A DNA stretch of 20,948 bases, taken from Fonticula alba ATCC 38817. Its lineage: Eukaryota > Protista > Nucleariida. Each line of letters begins with the position of its first letter. The first letter of the stretch is position 1. Position numbers and translations under genes: made by a program. The stretch is taken from NCBI GenBank assembly GCA_000388065.2, contig KB932207.1. One strand, given 5' to 3'. Positions 1 to 8,623 of this stretch are shown here, in pieces. Under the pieces are notes generated by a model, which ran no database searches, was not told the DNA's origin, and was given only the letters and a program-made list of their open reading frames with translations.

Positions 1-95
1 CGTGTCAGTGGGGAGGCGGAAAAAAAAAAAGAAGAAGAGAGGGCACAGACTCCAAGCCAAAAGCAGGGGGGAGGGGCGAAGGACACATCACGCAC

Positions 96-408
96 AGTAG
101 TCGTGGGCATCCTGCTCGGCGTCCGGGTCGTCGTCGTCGCTGTCCAGGCCGAACAGGGCCCCGGCCAGGCGGCGCTCAACGGCCGACGGCCGGGCGATCA
201 CCTTGGTCATGGCTGCCCGGGGTCGGCGCGCGGCTGGCTGCTCGTCCTCGCTCTCGGAGGCCGATGCCTCGGAGGGGAGGTCCTCCTGCGCGGTGTGCTC
301 GGCCGAGGAGGACGCCTCTCCCTCCGAGGGGCTGTCGGCGTTGTTGCTGTTGTTGTCGTCCTCGTCGAACCAGAGCGAACCGGTCCCGCGGAGCTCGTCG
401 GTCATGGT
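96..408 (-). CDS. UTP18: UTP18-like U3 snoRNP/SSU processome protein, N-terminal exon; the gene continues left out of the window
   Basis: Exon reads (T)MTDELRGTGSLWFDEDD...RPSAVERRLAGALFGLDSDDDDPDAEQDAHDY. The acidic N-terminus and AVERRLAGALFG resemble the human UTP18 motif KPAVERCLEELVFG as I recall it. Acceptor CAG at 411-409 has a pyrimidine tract and a GCTCAC branch point upstream, so an upstream exon may lie in the gap. Donor GTGCGT at 95. The WD40 domain is not in the window, so the identity is tentative. Confidence 0.55.
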
Positions 409-451
409 CTGGGGCCGAAAGAGAAGGAGAAGAGGCCGTGAGCAGGGGCGG

Positions 452-1047
452 NNNNNNNNNNNNNNNNNNNNNNNNNNNNNNNNNNNNNNNNNNNNNNNNN
501 NNNNNNNNNNNNNNNNNNNNNNNNNNNNNNNNNNNNNNNNNNNNNNNNNNNNNNNNNNNNNNNNNNNNNNNNNNNNNNNNNNNNNNNNNNNNNNNNNNNN
601 NNNNNNNNNNNNNNNNNNNNNNNNNNNNNNNNNNNNNNNNNNNNNNNNNNNNNNNNNNNNNNNNNNNNNNNNNNNNNNNNNNNNNNNNNNNNNNNNNNNN
701 NNNNNNNNNNNNNNNNNNNNNNNNNNNNNNNNNNNNNNNNNNNNNNNNNNNNNNNNNNNNNNNNNNNNNNNNNNNNNNNNNNNNNNNNNNNNNNNNNNNN
801 NNNNNNNNNNNNNNNNNNNNNNNNNNNNNNNNNNNNNNNNNNNNNNNNNNNNNNNNNNNNNNNNNNNNNNNNNNNNNNNNNNNNNNNNNNNNNNNNNNNN
901 NNNNNNNNNNNNNNNNNNNNNNNNNNNNNNNNNNNNNNNNNNNNNNNNNNNNNNNNNNNNNNNNNNNNNNNNNNNNNNNNNNNNNNNNNNNNNNNNNNNN
1001 NNNNNNNNNNNNNNNNNNNNNNNNNNNNNNNNNNNNNNNNNNNNNNN
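452..1047. other. Assembly gap (N run)
   Basis: 596 N. It lies between the divergent UTP18-like gene and gene 2. Confidence 0.99.
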
Positions 1048-1167
1048 CCCTCCCTCTCGCCCTCCGTTAGCCTCCGCCCTCTGGCCCATTTGTGCGCGCG
1101 CGCGTGTGTTCGGCGAGAAAGCCCCTGCCCGGTGCCTTTCTTCCCTCCCGCTTCCCATTTTGTTGGC

Positions 1168-3292
1168 ATGCTCCGGCAACTCCACTCGCAGAGCCGCCAC
1201 ATCACCGCCCCGCTTCAAGCCGCCGCCACCGCCACCGCCGCCGCCGGCGTTTCTCGTCTCCTCGTCAGCGGCTCCGCCCCCGGGCCCTGCACCCTCCCCC
1301 GGCGCACCTACGCCAAGGGTACCAAGCGTCGCGGCCGGCACGTCCGCCAGCGCCCGCTGACCAGCCCGGCACTCACCCCCCGCGGGCCGTACGATCTCGC
1401 CTACTCCAGTCTCCGGCCGGGCACCAGCGCCGACCCCAAGCAGCAGGCCCCCTCGGGCCGTTCCACCCCGGCAGCCCCCGGCCCTCCGGAGGCCACAGAG
1501 GCCAACCGCCTCCTCCGGGAGCTCTCCCTCAACCAGCCGGCTCCTCGGCGCCCGGCCGACGTCGAGCACAAGGCTCCCCAGGGCACGGCTTGGGCCCGTG
1601 ACATTGCCCTCAGCGCCCAGGAGGCCCTCGCGCAGCAGCAGCCTCCCTCCTCGCCAGCCGGTAGTTCGTCCCTCGACTCGGAGTTTAGCCTGCCCGCTCT
1701 GAAGTCCGAGCTGGAGGCCCTGCGTTCCGGAGCCCCGCGCCCGACCACCACCACCGCCGGCCGCCGTACCGCTGCCCAAAAGGGCGCCCCGGCTGCCAGG
1801 TCCCCCGGGTCCACCTTCCTCCCGCCGGCCGACCTCTCGGAGGCTGTGCATCTGTCGGAGCACCTGCAGGTCCTGTCGACCTTGCTGCCGGACTCCTTCC
1901 CCCGGCAGGCCATCGCCCCGGTTTCCCCGGTTCCCATCTTCGAGGGGCTCCAGCACGACGTCAAGGAGCACCGCCGGTTCCTGGCTCACCAGCAGCGCAC
2001 CGGTGACCACTTGACCGAGGCCACCCGCGGCTTCCGTGAAATCCGCCGCGCCGAGGCCCGTGCCCGCGCCGAAGCCAACGCCCCGGCCTCGCCTGCCGCC
2101 GCCGCCGCCGAGTTGCTCAACCCGCCGACTGCCCCCCAGGCCGTCAACCACTCCAAGATGCCGGCCACCCCCCCGGCTTCCTCGGCCGCCGCGGCCATGG
2201 CCGATCTTCCTGCCTCCACGCAGGAGGTCCTCCGCGCTGCGGCTCGCCTGTCGGCTCGGCTCCAGTCCGAGCGGTCGCTGGCCCAGCTCCAGCGGCTGTC
2301 GGACGAGGGCCAGGCGGCCGCCGCCACGCCGGCTGCCGACCATCCCCCGGCCCCCGCCAAGTCGGTCCTCGGCCTGCGCGCCTTCCCGGTGACCGACGAC
2401 GGGGTGGTTGCTGCTGCCATGACCGCCGGGCCTGATGCCCCCGCTGGCGCTGCCGCCGCCGCCACCGCCGCCGCCGCCGCCACCGCCGCCGCTGGCGATG
2501 GATTGGATGAGCAGCTTGCCCGTGTGTCCCTTTCGGAGGAGGGCTCTGCCTCTCCGTCTGGGGCTGGCACGGCCCCCTGCTCGCCGGGTGTCGGGCCCGA
2601 TGACACGCCGGCCGCGGCGGAGGCCCATCTCCCGGGCAGCATCCGGACCCTGGGCCCGGTGTACGCGTACGAGGACGACTCGGCCCGGGTGGAAACCCTG
2701 CGCAACACGCCGGCCAACTTGACGTACGTGTCCCGGCGCAACCGCAATGTGGACGCCGTGTCGGCCGTGACCGGCAAGCTTCAGCGGCGCATTTCCCTGG
2801 CGCACGCGGTGTCCATCCTCAACCGGACTTGGGCCAACGACATGTATTCCGAGGCGGTGGATGGTGCGGCCGAGTCGCAGTTCGTCGTGGCCGAGATGCT
2901 GCTCTATGGCTGGGGCAGTGTGGTGCGTGTGTTTTCCCTTTTCCTCCTGGCGCTCGCTTCTTTTGCGCCCGCCTCTGGCGGCCCCCTTCGCCCCTCGGTG
3001 TCCCTTCGCTGGCGTGCATCCGCCCACGGTGTGCCCCGTCTCCCCCCTCCCCAGTGTGCGGGGTCGCTGGTTGTGCAGTTCTCCTGACTTCGCCCCCCCC
3101 CCCTTCCCTTCCCCGGACCGCCTCGCACCGCGGCAGCGCCCCAACCTCCCGAACGCCATCAAGCTCCTGAGGGCCAGCGCCAACCAGCGCCACGTCCCCT
3201 CGCGCAACCAGCTCCAATTCATCAGCCAGAGGATCCGGGAGGGGGCCACCGAGGAGGAGATCCTGAAGTCCTTTGTTCCGGCGGCGGAATAG
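1168..3292 (+). CDS. Hypothetical mitochondrial-targeted protein with a C-terminal SEL1-like repeat, ~636 aa
   Basis: join(1168..2922,3137..3292). Phase-0 donor GTGCGT at 2923, CTGAC branch near 3083, pyrimidine tract, acceptor CAG at 3134-3136, stop TAG at 3290-3292. The N-terminus MLRQLHSQSRHITAPLQ...SRLL...RRTYAK is Arg/Ser/Leu/Ala-rich with no acidic residues. The splice junction builds AESQFVVAEMLLYGWGSV|RPNLPNAIKLLRASANQRHVPS, which fits the SEL1 consensus AQxxLGxMYxxGxGVxxDxxxAxxWYxxAAxQGH. Confidence 0.75.
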
Positions 3293-3714
3293 CCGGCGTG
3301 TGTGAGGCACACGCGCCTGCGGGGATGGGCACACCCTTTCCGCACGCCCTAGATGTGCACCCCTCCCCGCCCGAAAGACCCAATATATCCGACAAACTTC
3401 CCCCCTCCTCCATGTGTACGCGCGGCGGGGCCTGTCCTCCTTTCGGCGTTGATCGTGCACATGCACGTATGCACACACACACACACACACACACACATGT
3501 GCACCGCGCGTGCGGTCATTTTGGGGGGAGTGTATTCCTTTCCAGGGGGGAGGGGAGGACTTTCACTCCCAGAGGCGCGCGCCAGATCTCGGGGGGGGGG
3601 GGGGGGCGGAAGGGAGCCGGCGGGCAGAGGAACGAGACTATGTCTCCACCGCGCGGCCCCCGCCCGCTACACGACGCACGCGCGAGCACACGCCCCTCCC
3701 CGGGTCGTGGGTGT

Positions 3715-4160
3715 CTATTTCTTGGCGGCCTCCTCCCTCTTGCGCTCATCGGCCCTCCGCTGCTTCTCGCGCATGATCTCGGAGTTGCTGGGGCGAGGTC
3801 GGCGAGAAGGGGTTAGTCAACACACTTGCAAGGATCGACATGCCAAAGGAGGGGCCGGAGCCTGCCGGACGCAGAGCATGGCGCGGGGGGGGGGGGGGGG
3901 GGACGCACTTCTCACGGGCCTGCCCGATGTTGCCGCCGGCCGGGCCGGGGCCGCCCTTCTTGCCCGCGTTGGCAGCCGCGCGCTTGCGGGCGCGCTCGCG
4001 GTCGATGTCGCGCTGGTTACCACCTGCAGATGCACATCAAGGTGGGGCCATTTGTGCGTGTGCATGGGTGTCAAAATGTCGGCTTGAGGCCTGAGGCGAG
4101 GCTATGTGTACGTGTGTGTGTGTGGGGGGGGGTGGGTGGGTTGTGCAGGGTACGGGTCAT
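3715..4160 (-). CDS. SERF: Small EDRK-rich factor (SERF/4F5/MOAG-4 family), 64 aa
   Basis: complement(join(3715..3787,3909..4023,4154..4160)) translates to MTRGNQRDIDRERARKRAAANAGKKGGPGPAGGNIGQARENNSEIMREKQRRADERKREEAAKK*. MTRGNQR and xSEIMREKQ are family hallmarks. Donors GTACCC and GTGCGT, CAG acceptors, and a TGACTAAC branch point in intron 2. The exons total 195 nt, in frame. Confidence 0.92.
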
Positions 4161-4347
4161 GGTGTGTCGATGGGGTCCTCGGGGTGGGCTCCAGGAGCAA
4201 GTGTGCCGGAGGGGAGAGGGAGGAGAGGGGGGGGGGGGGGGAAATCTGGCGGCAAGAAAGTTACCGCTGCCAGAGGGGAGGGGTGGATGGGCAGGATTTT
4301 TTTTTTTTTCCTTTCCCTCCCCCACCTGCCTGCACCCAAAGTCAGTC

Positions 4348-4355
4348 TTTTTATA
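4348..4355 (-). promoter_or_regulatory. Probable TATA box of the SERF gene
   Basis: TATAAAAA on the minus strand about 190 nt upstream of the SERF ATG, an isolated AT island in GC-rich DNA. Confidence 0.5.
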
Positions 4356-5060
4356 GGCGCGGCCGGCGGCGAGGCCTGGGCGCGCCCCGTCTCCCCTGCC
4401 CGTGTGGTGGCCTCTCCTTTCCACGGCGGGCTCGGCCATATCGGGCCGGGGTGGAAATGTGATCGGCACTGCGGACACCGTTTTGGCGCCCGGGGGCCGC
4501 GCGCCCCGCAACAGCGGGACACCCCTCGCCGGCCTTGGGCCCCGCGCAGCCGCCGGGACCATCGCCGTGGCACCGGCCGCGTCGGTTCTCCCCCTCCTCC
4601 TCGCCGGGCTGGCATGTTCTTCCGGGATGAGTTCCCCGGCGGAGCTCCCCCGGACACCCGCGCCGGCCGGCCGGCCAGCCCCACCCCGGCAGCGGTCGCA
4701 GGCAGCCGGGGGATCTTCTCGGTCCCCCCCCCCGTCCCCGTCCCCGTCCCCGCCCCCGCGACGTTGGCCGGCCCGTCGCCCCCCTGCCCGGGGGGAGCGC
4801 ACTGTGCCGCGCACCCCGAACAGAACCGGGGCGAGATTGGGCCACGCAGAGACGCCCCCGGCTGCAGCATGCCGGTGCTGCTGGGGCCGGGCCAGGGCGC
4901 GGTCAACCCGGCTCGCGCCCTGTGGAGCGCGCATCACGTGCCGGGTCTCGTTTCGTGGCGGGAAACTGTGGGCCCCAAGTGCGCGCGCGGGCCTGCGCCG
5001 CCGGGGCCGGCCTATTAAAGCCCGGGGCCATGACCGGGGCTTGCGCCCGGCCCCCGGGGG

Positions 5061-5156
5061 GACGAGCCCGGCCGACAAGTCCGTTTATGTTTCTGATGGA
5101 ACAATCCTCCCCACGTTCCTGTCAGTGTCAAAGGCGGACCAGAGCCGGGGCTTGTC
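5061..5156 (+). ncRNA. Candidate structured RNA (long imperfect hairpin), family not recognised
   Basis: Three nested helices: 5061-5072/5144-5156, 5079-5086/5132-5139 and 5093-5102/5115-5125, with a 12-nt loop. Four G-U pairs form on the + strand only. TATTAAA at 5013-5019 lies upstream. Folding was done by eye. Confidence 0.35.
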
Positions 5157-5865
5157 GCAGCCGGTGCGCCCACCCTTCGTCTCGCCTTCCCCCTCACCGG
5201 GGGGGGGCGGGGCCTAGACAGGGCGCCCTGGCGGGCATTCCCCCGCCACAGGGGCCAGGCCCAGCATCAGCCGCTCCCCCACCGGTTGGAGCGGCGCCCT
5301 TGCTGTCGGCCGTTCAGTAGTATCCTTGGCGGAAATTCTCCCTTTTGTGCCTCCCCCCCCCTCGCCCTTCTTGCCCCACGCACAGCACCCGCCTTCCATA
5401 TAATAATTGAACCTTTTCTCCTCCGCCATGGTGTGGGGGAGGAGGGGCCCATGGCGTGCGCCGCCGTCCTGCCACACCCCACGCGCCCTCGCGCCCTCGC
5501 GCGTCTGCCTGGCAGCGACACGTCGCCTTGGCGCATGGCGCACGAGGGTCGCCACCTCCGAGCAGGGGCCCCCGCACATGAGCGCACACACACACACGCT
5601 GGCGCTGCCAGCCGCAAAGGACGGCGCCCTGCCGCCCCCCCCCCCCCTCCCCTCTAAACAGGCATCCGACAGTGCGGTGCTCCTCCTGGACATGCGCGAA
5701 GCCAGACGCCCAGAGAGGCTCGGGCGGGGGTCTGTTTTCTCTTCGGGCCTGAGAGGGAGATCTCCCCGGGAAGTCCATTGGGGGCGGGGAGAAAAAAGTA
5801 CACAGGGCAAGAAAGGGCCCCACCTCGCCTATGCAGGCAGGTGTGCCGGCTCGTGCGCGCGTGCC

Positions 5866-6282
5866 TCAGATCGACAGGCCGACATTGGGCCCGGCCGACT
5901 CGAACTCGCGCTTCCTCCGCCGGGCCGCGGCAAATGGATCGTGCGTGTCGTTCAGATGCAGCCGGCGGAGACGCAGGTATGCGTCGCGGGCAACCTCGAC
6001 CGCGCTGTGCGCCGCGGCAAGGCGCTCGGCCACGGCGATCATCGACTCGTTCTGGGCCTTGATGATGTCCTTGACGTCTGTTGGCCGACCGGGAGCACGG
6101 GTCCCACGCAGCGGGGGCACATTGTCGCGGGGTCAGTCGCCAGGCAGCCGGGTCGGGGGGGGGGGGGGACATGCACAGAGGGAGGGGGCGCAGAGGAGAA
6201 GCGCCCAGGGGGCCCGCCCCGCGTCTCCGGTGCGCACGCCGCTCATCTCCCTCTTTGCGCCTTTCTCCACCTTGCCAGGTGG

Positions 6283-6317
<35 letters not shown>

Positions 6318-7923
6318 ATACACACACGCGCGCAAAGGCGCAAACGCACCAGCCATCGACGCATACATGGAGCTGTCCAGCGAGGAAACCGTGGTCTCAT
6401 AGGTGGCGATGTCCTGGCGGATGGCCAGCATCCGGTCCTCCAGCTGCCCGACCAGGTTCTCGAAGAAGGTCATCAGCGCCGGGGTGGTGCGCGAGTCCAG
6501 AGAAAAGAAGTGTTGCTCGGCGGCCGCATCGCCGGACGACCGGCCGACCCCGGAAGTCCCGGCCGGCGCGCCCTGATGGTTGCGCTTGGTGATGGCCTCC
6601 CCACCGAGGCGCTCCAGCAGGCGCTGGGCCTTCTCCAAGTCCCGGTGCAGCTTGGCCGTGGCATCGCGCGCCCCGTCCACCAGCCAGGCATTGCGCTTGA
6701 GCAGGCCACGCACCGCATCGTGGCGCACCTCCAGAGCATCGGTCCGCTCCAGGACCGACTGCGTCTGGTAATCCAGCGACCCGCAGGAGATGGTTGACGA
6801 GGCCGACGTCGACAGCTCGTCCAGCGTCTGCCGGACCTTCTTGGTGGTCTCGCTGGTTGTCGGCGACAGGGCCCGCCCCAGGCCCGCGGGCGTTAGTGCG
6901 CAGGCCGGGCAAACGCATGCGACCATGCAAGGAGAGGGCGAGGGGAGGAGGAGGGGGGGGGGGGGGGGCCGGGCGCCATGGCTGGCGAATATGCTGGCGA
7001 ATGGGCGGTCGTGCAGATGTGGGACAGGCACTGGGCAGGGCCGGCAGGGGGGGGGGGGGTGGCACGAAGATGGAAAAGCAAAAGAAGAGGCAGACAGACA
7101 GGCCGGCCGTGTGCGGAGAGAGAGAGAGAGAGAGAGAGAGAGCCGCCTGCATGCGCGGACGCCGGTGGACGTACTACAGCGACAGGAGAATCTGCTTCTG
7201 ATCGGTTGTCAGGTCCGAGAATCGAGCACTCTTGGGCAGATTCGCCAGGTACTTCATCTGCTCCAGCTGCTGCATGTGGATGCGCATGAGATTCTGCTGC
7301 TGCTGCTCCTGGGCCAGCTGCGCCGGGGTCTTGGCCGGGGCCTGGCCCCAGCCCGTGGTACCGCCGAACCCGGAGGTAGAGGCCCCGAAGCCCGAGCCAG
7401 AGGCCCCGAAGCCCGAGCCGGAGGCCCCGAAGCCCGAGCCGGAGGCCCCGAAGCCCGAGCCGGAGGCCCCGAAGCCCGAGCCGGAGGCCCCGAAGCCCGA
7501 AGTGGAGGCCCCGAAGCCCGAAGTGGAGGCCCCGAAGCCCGAAGTGGAGGCACCGAAGCCCGAGGTCGAGGCACCGAAGCCCGAGGTCGAGCCGGTGGCC
7601 GGGGCACTGGCGCCGAAGCCCCCAAAGCCAGAGCTCGACCCGGCCGCCGGGGCGGCCGCGCCGAAACCGCCAAACCCGCCGAAGCCGGAGGACCCGGCCG
7701 CCGGGGCAGCGCCCCCGAGCCCGGTCGACCCGGAGGTCGGGGGATTGGTGAAGGAGGTGCTGCCGAAGGAGGTGCCACCAGCGGCCGGGGCCACCGTCGA
7801 GCCGAAGGACGTGCCGCTGGAGGCGCTCGGCGCGGCGGCCCCGAAGGCGGTGCTGCCAAAGCCAGTGCTCGCGGCCGGCTGTGCCGTGCCGCCAGCCGGG
7901 GCGGTTCCGAACGAGAAAGACAT
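5866..7923 (-). CDS. NUP58: FG-repeat nucleoporin Nup58/Nup45 (yeast Nup49 family), 487 aa
   Basis: complement(join(5866..6077,6350..6852,7175..7923)), 1464 nt in frame. N-terminal FG domain (MSFSFGTAPAGG...FGASTSG repeats) followed by coiled coil. The segments FFENLVGQLEDRMLAIRQDIATYE and AVAERLAAAHSAVEVARDAYLRLRRLHLNDTHDPF match Nup58 YFRILVQQFEVQLQQYRQQIEELE and ALAAQLQSIHENVKVLKEQYLGYRKMFLGDAVDVF as I recall them. Donors GTACGT and GTGCGT; branch points CACTAAC and GACTGAC. Confidence 0.9.
7368..7590 (-). repeat. Coding 21-bp tandem repeat, 10 units, encoding FGAS(T/G)SG
   Basis: The + strand unit gaggccccgaagcccgagccg and close variants. The core ccgaagcc recurs every 21 nt from 7385 to 7574. 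Confidence 0.95.
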
Positions 7924-7937
7924 GGAGGGGGGGGGAG

Positions 7938-8345
7938 NNNNNNNNNNNNNNNNNNNNNNNNNNNNNNNNNNNNNNNNNNNNNNNNNNNNNNNNNNNNNNN
8001 NNNNNNNNNNNNNNNNNNNNNNNNNNNNNNNNNNNNNNNNNNNNNNNNNNNNNNNNNNNNNNNNNNNNNNNNNNNNNNNNNNNNNNNNNNNNNNNNNNNN
8101 NNNNNNNNNNNNNNNNNNNNNNNNNNNNNNNNNNNNNNNNNNNNNNNNNNNNNNNNNNNNNNNNNNNNNNNNNNNNNNNNNNNNNNNNNNNNNNNNNNNN
8201 NNNNNNNNNNNNNNNNNNNNNNNNNNNNNNNNNNNNNNNNNNNNNNNNNNNNNNNNNNNNNNNNNNNNNNNNNNNNNNNNNNNNNNNNNNNNNNNNNNNN
8301 NNNNNNNNNNNNNNNNNNNNNNNNNNNNNNNNNNNNNNNNNNNNN
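7938..8345. other. Assembly gap (N run)
   Basis: 408 N flanked by G and C homopolymers. It lies in the head-to-head interval between NUP58 and gene 5. Confidence 0.99.
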
Positions 8346-8623
8346 CCCCCCCCCCCGGCCCCCGGCCCGAGCCGGGGAGAGGCACCAAGATCGCCCAGGT
8401 GAAGACACTCTTCGGAGGCCTCACCGGGTGCCACCGATCCTCGGCATTCCAGTCTACCTCCTCCCTGCCTTTGCCCCGCTGTGCCGCCTCTTTGTTGGCC
8501 CCCATCCGGCCGCCCGTCCGTCCATCCCTCCGCAACCCGCCTCGCAGTCCTTCGCCCGATCTTCCCGTCCCCCCCCCCTCCCTCCTCTCCCCCGGTGCCG
8601 GCCCGCTTCTCCTCCCTCCCGCG

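Noticed and set aside
88-3345. 1085-aa minus-strand ORF
   Set aside because: It is antisense to gene 2 and bridged across Ns. Only the last ~100 aa (the UTP18-like exon) look like real coding sequence.
3801-3840. Resemblance to the U6atac 5' region (GAGAAGGGGTTAG...CTTGCAAGGAT)
   Set aside because: It is the antisense of the SERF intron 2 branch point and pyrimidine tract, and the AAGGAGAGA box is not conserved.
4071-5320. Several 130-335 aa ORFs in the SERF-NUP58 interval, e.g. 4402..5217 + and 4157..4906 -
   Set aside because: Arg/Pro/Gly-rich translations typical of non-coding GC-rich DNA. All frames are similarly open, with no recognisable motif or splice support.
7368-7590. CRISPR-like or transposon-like interpretation of the tandem arrays
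   Set aside because: The arrays are contiguous with no unique spacers. No cas, transposase or RT ORFs, terminal inverted repeats or LTRs were seen anywhere in the window.
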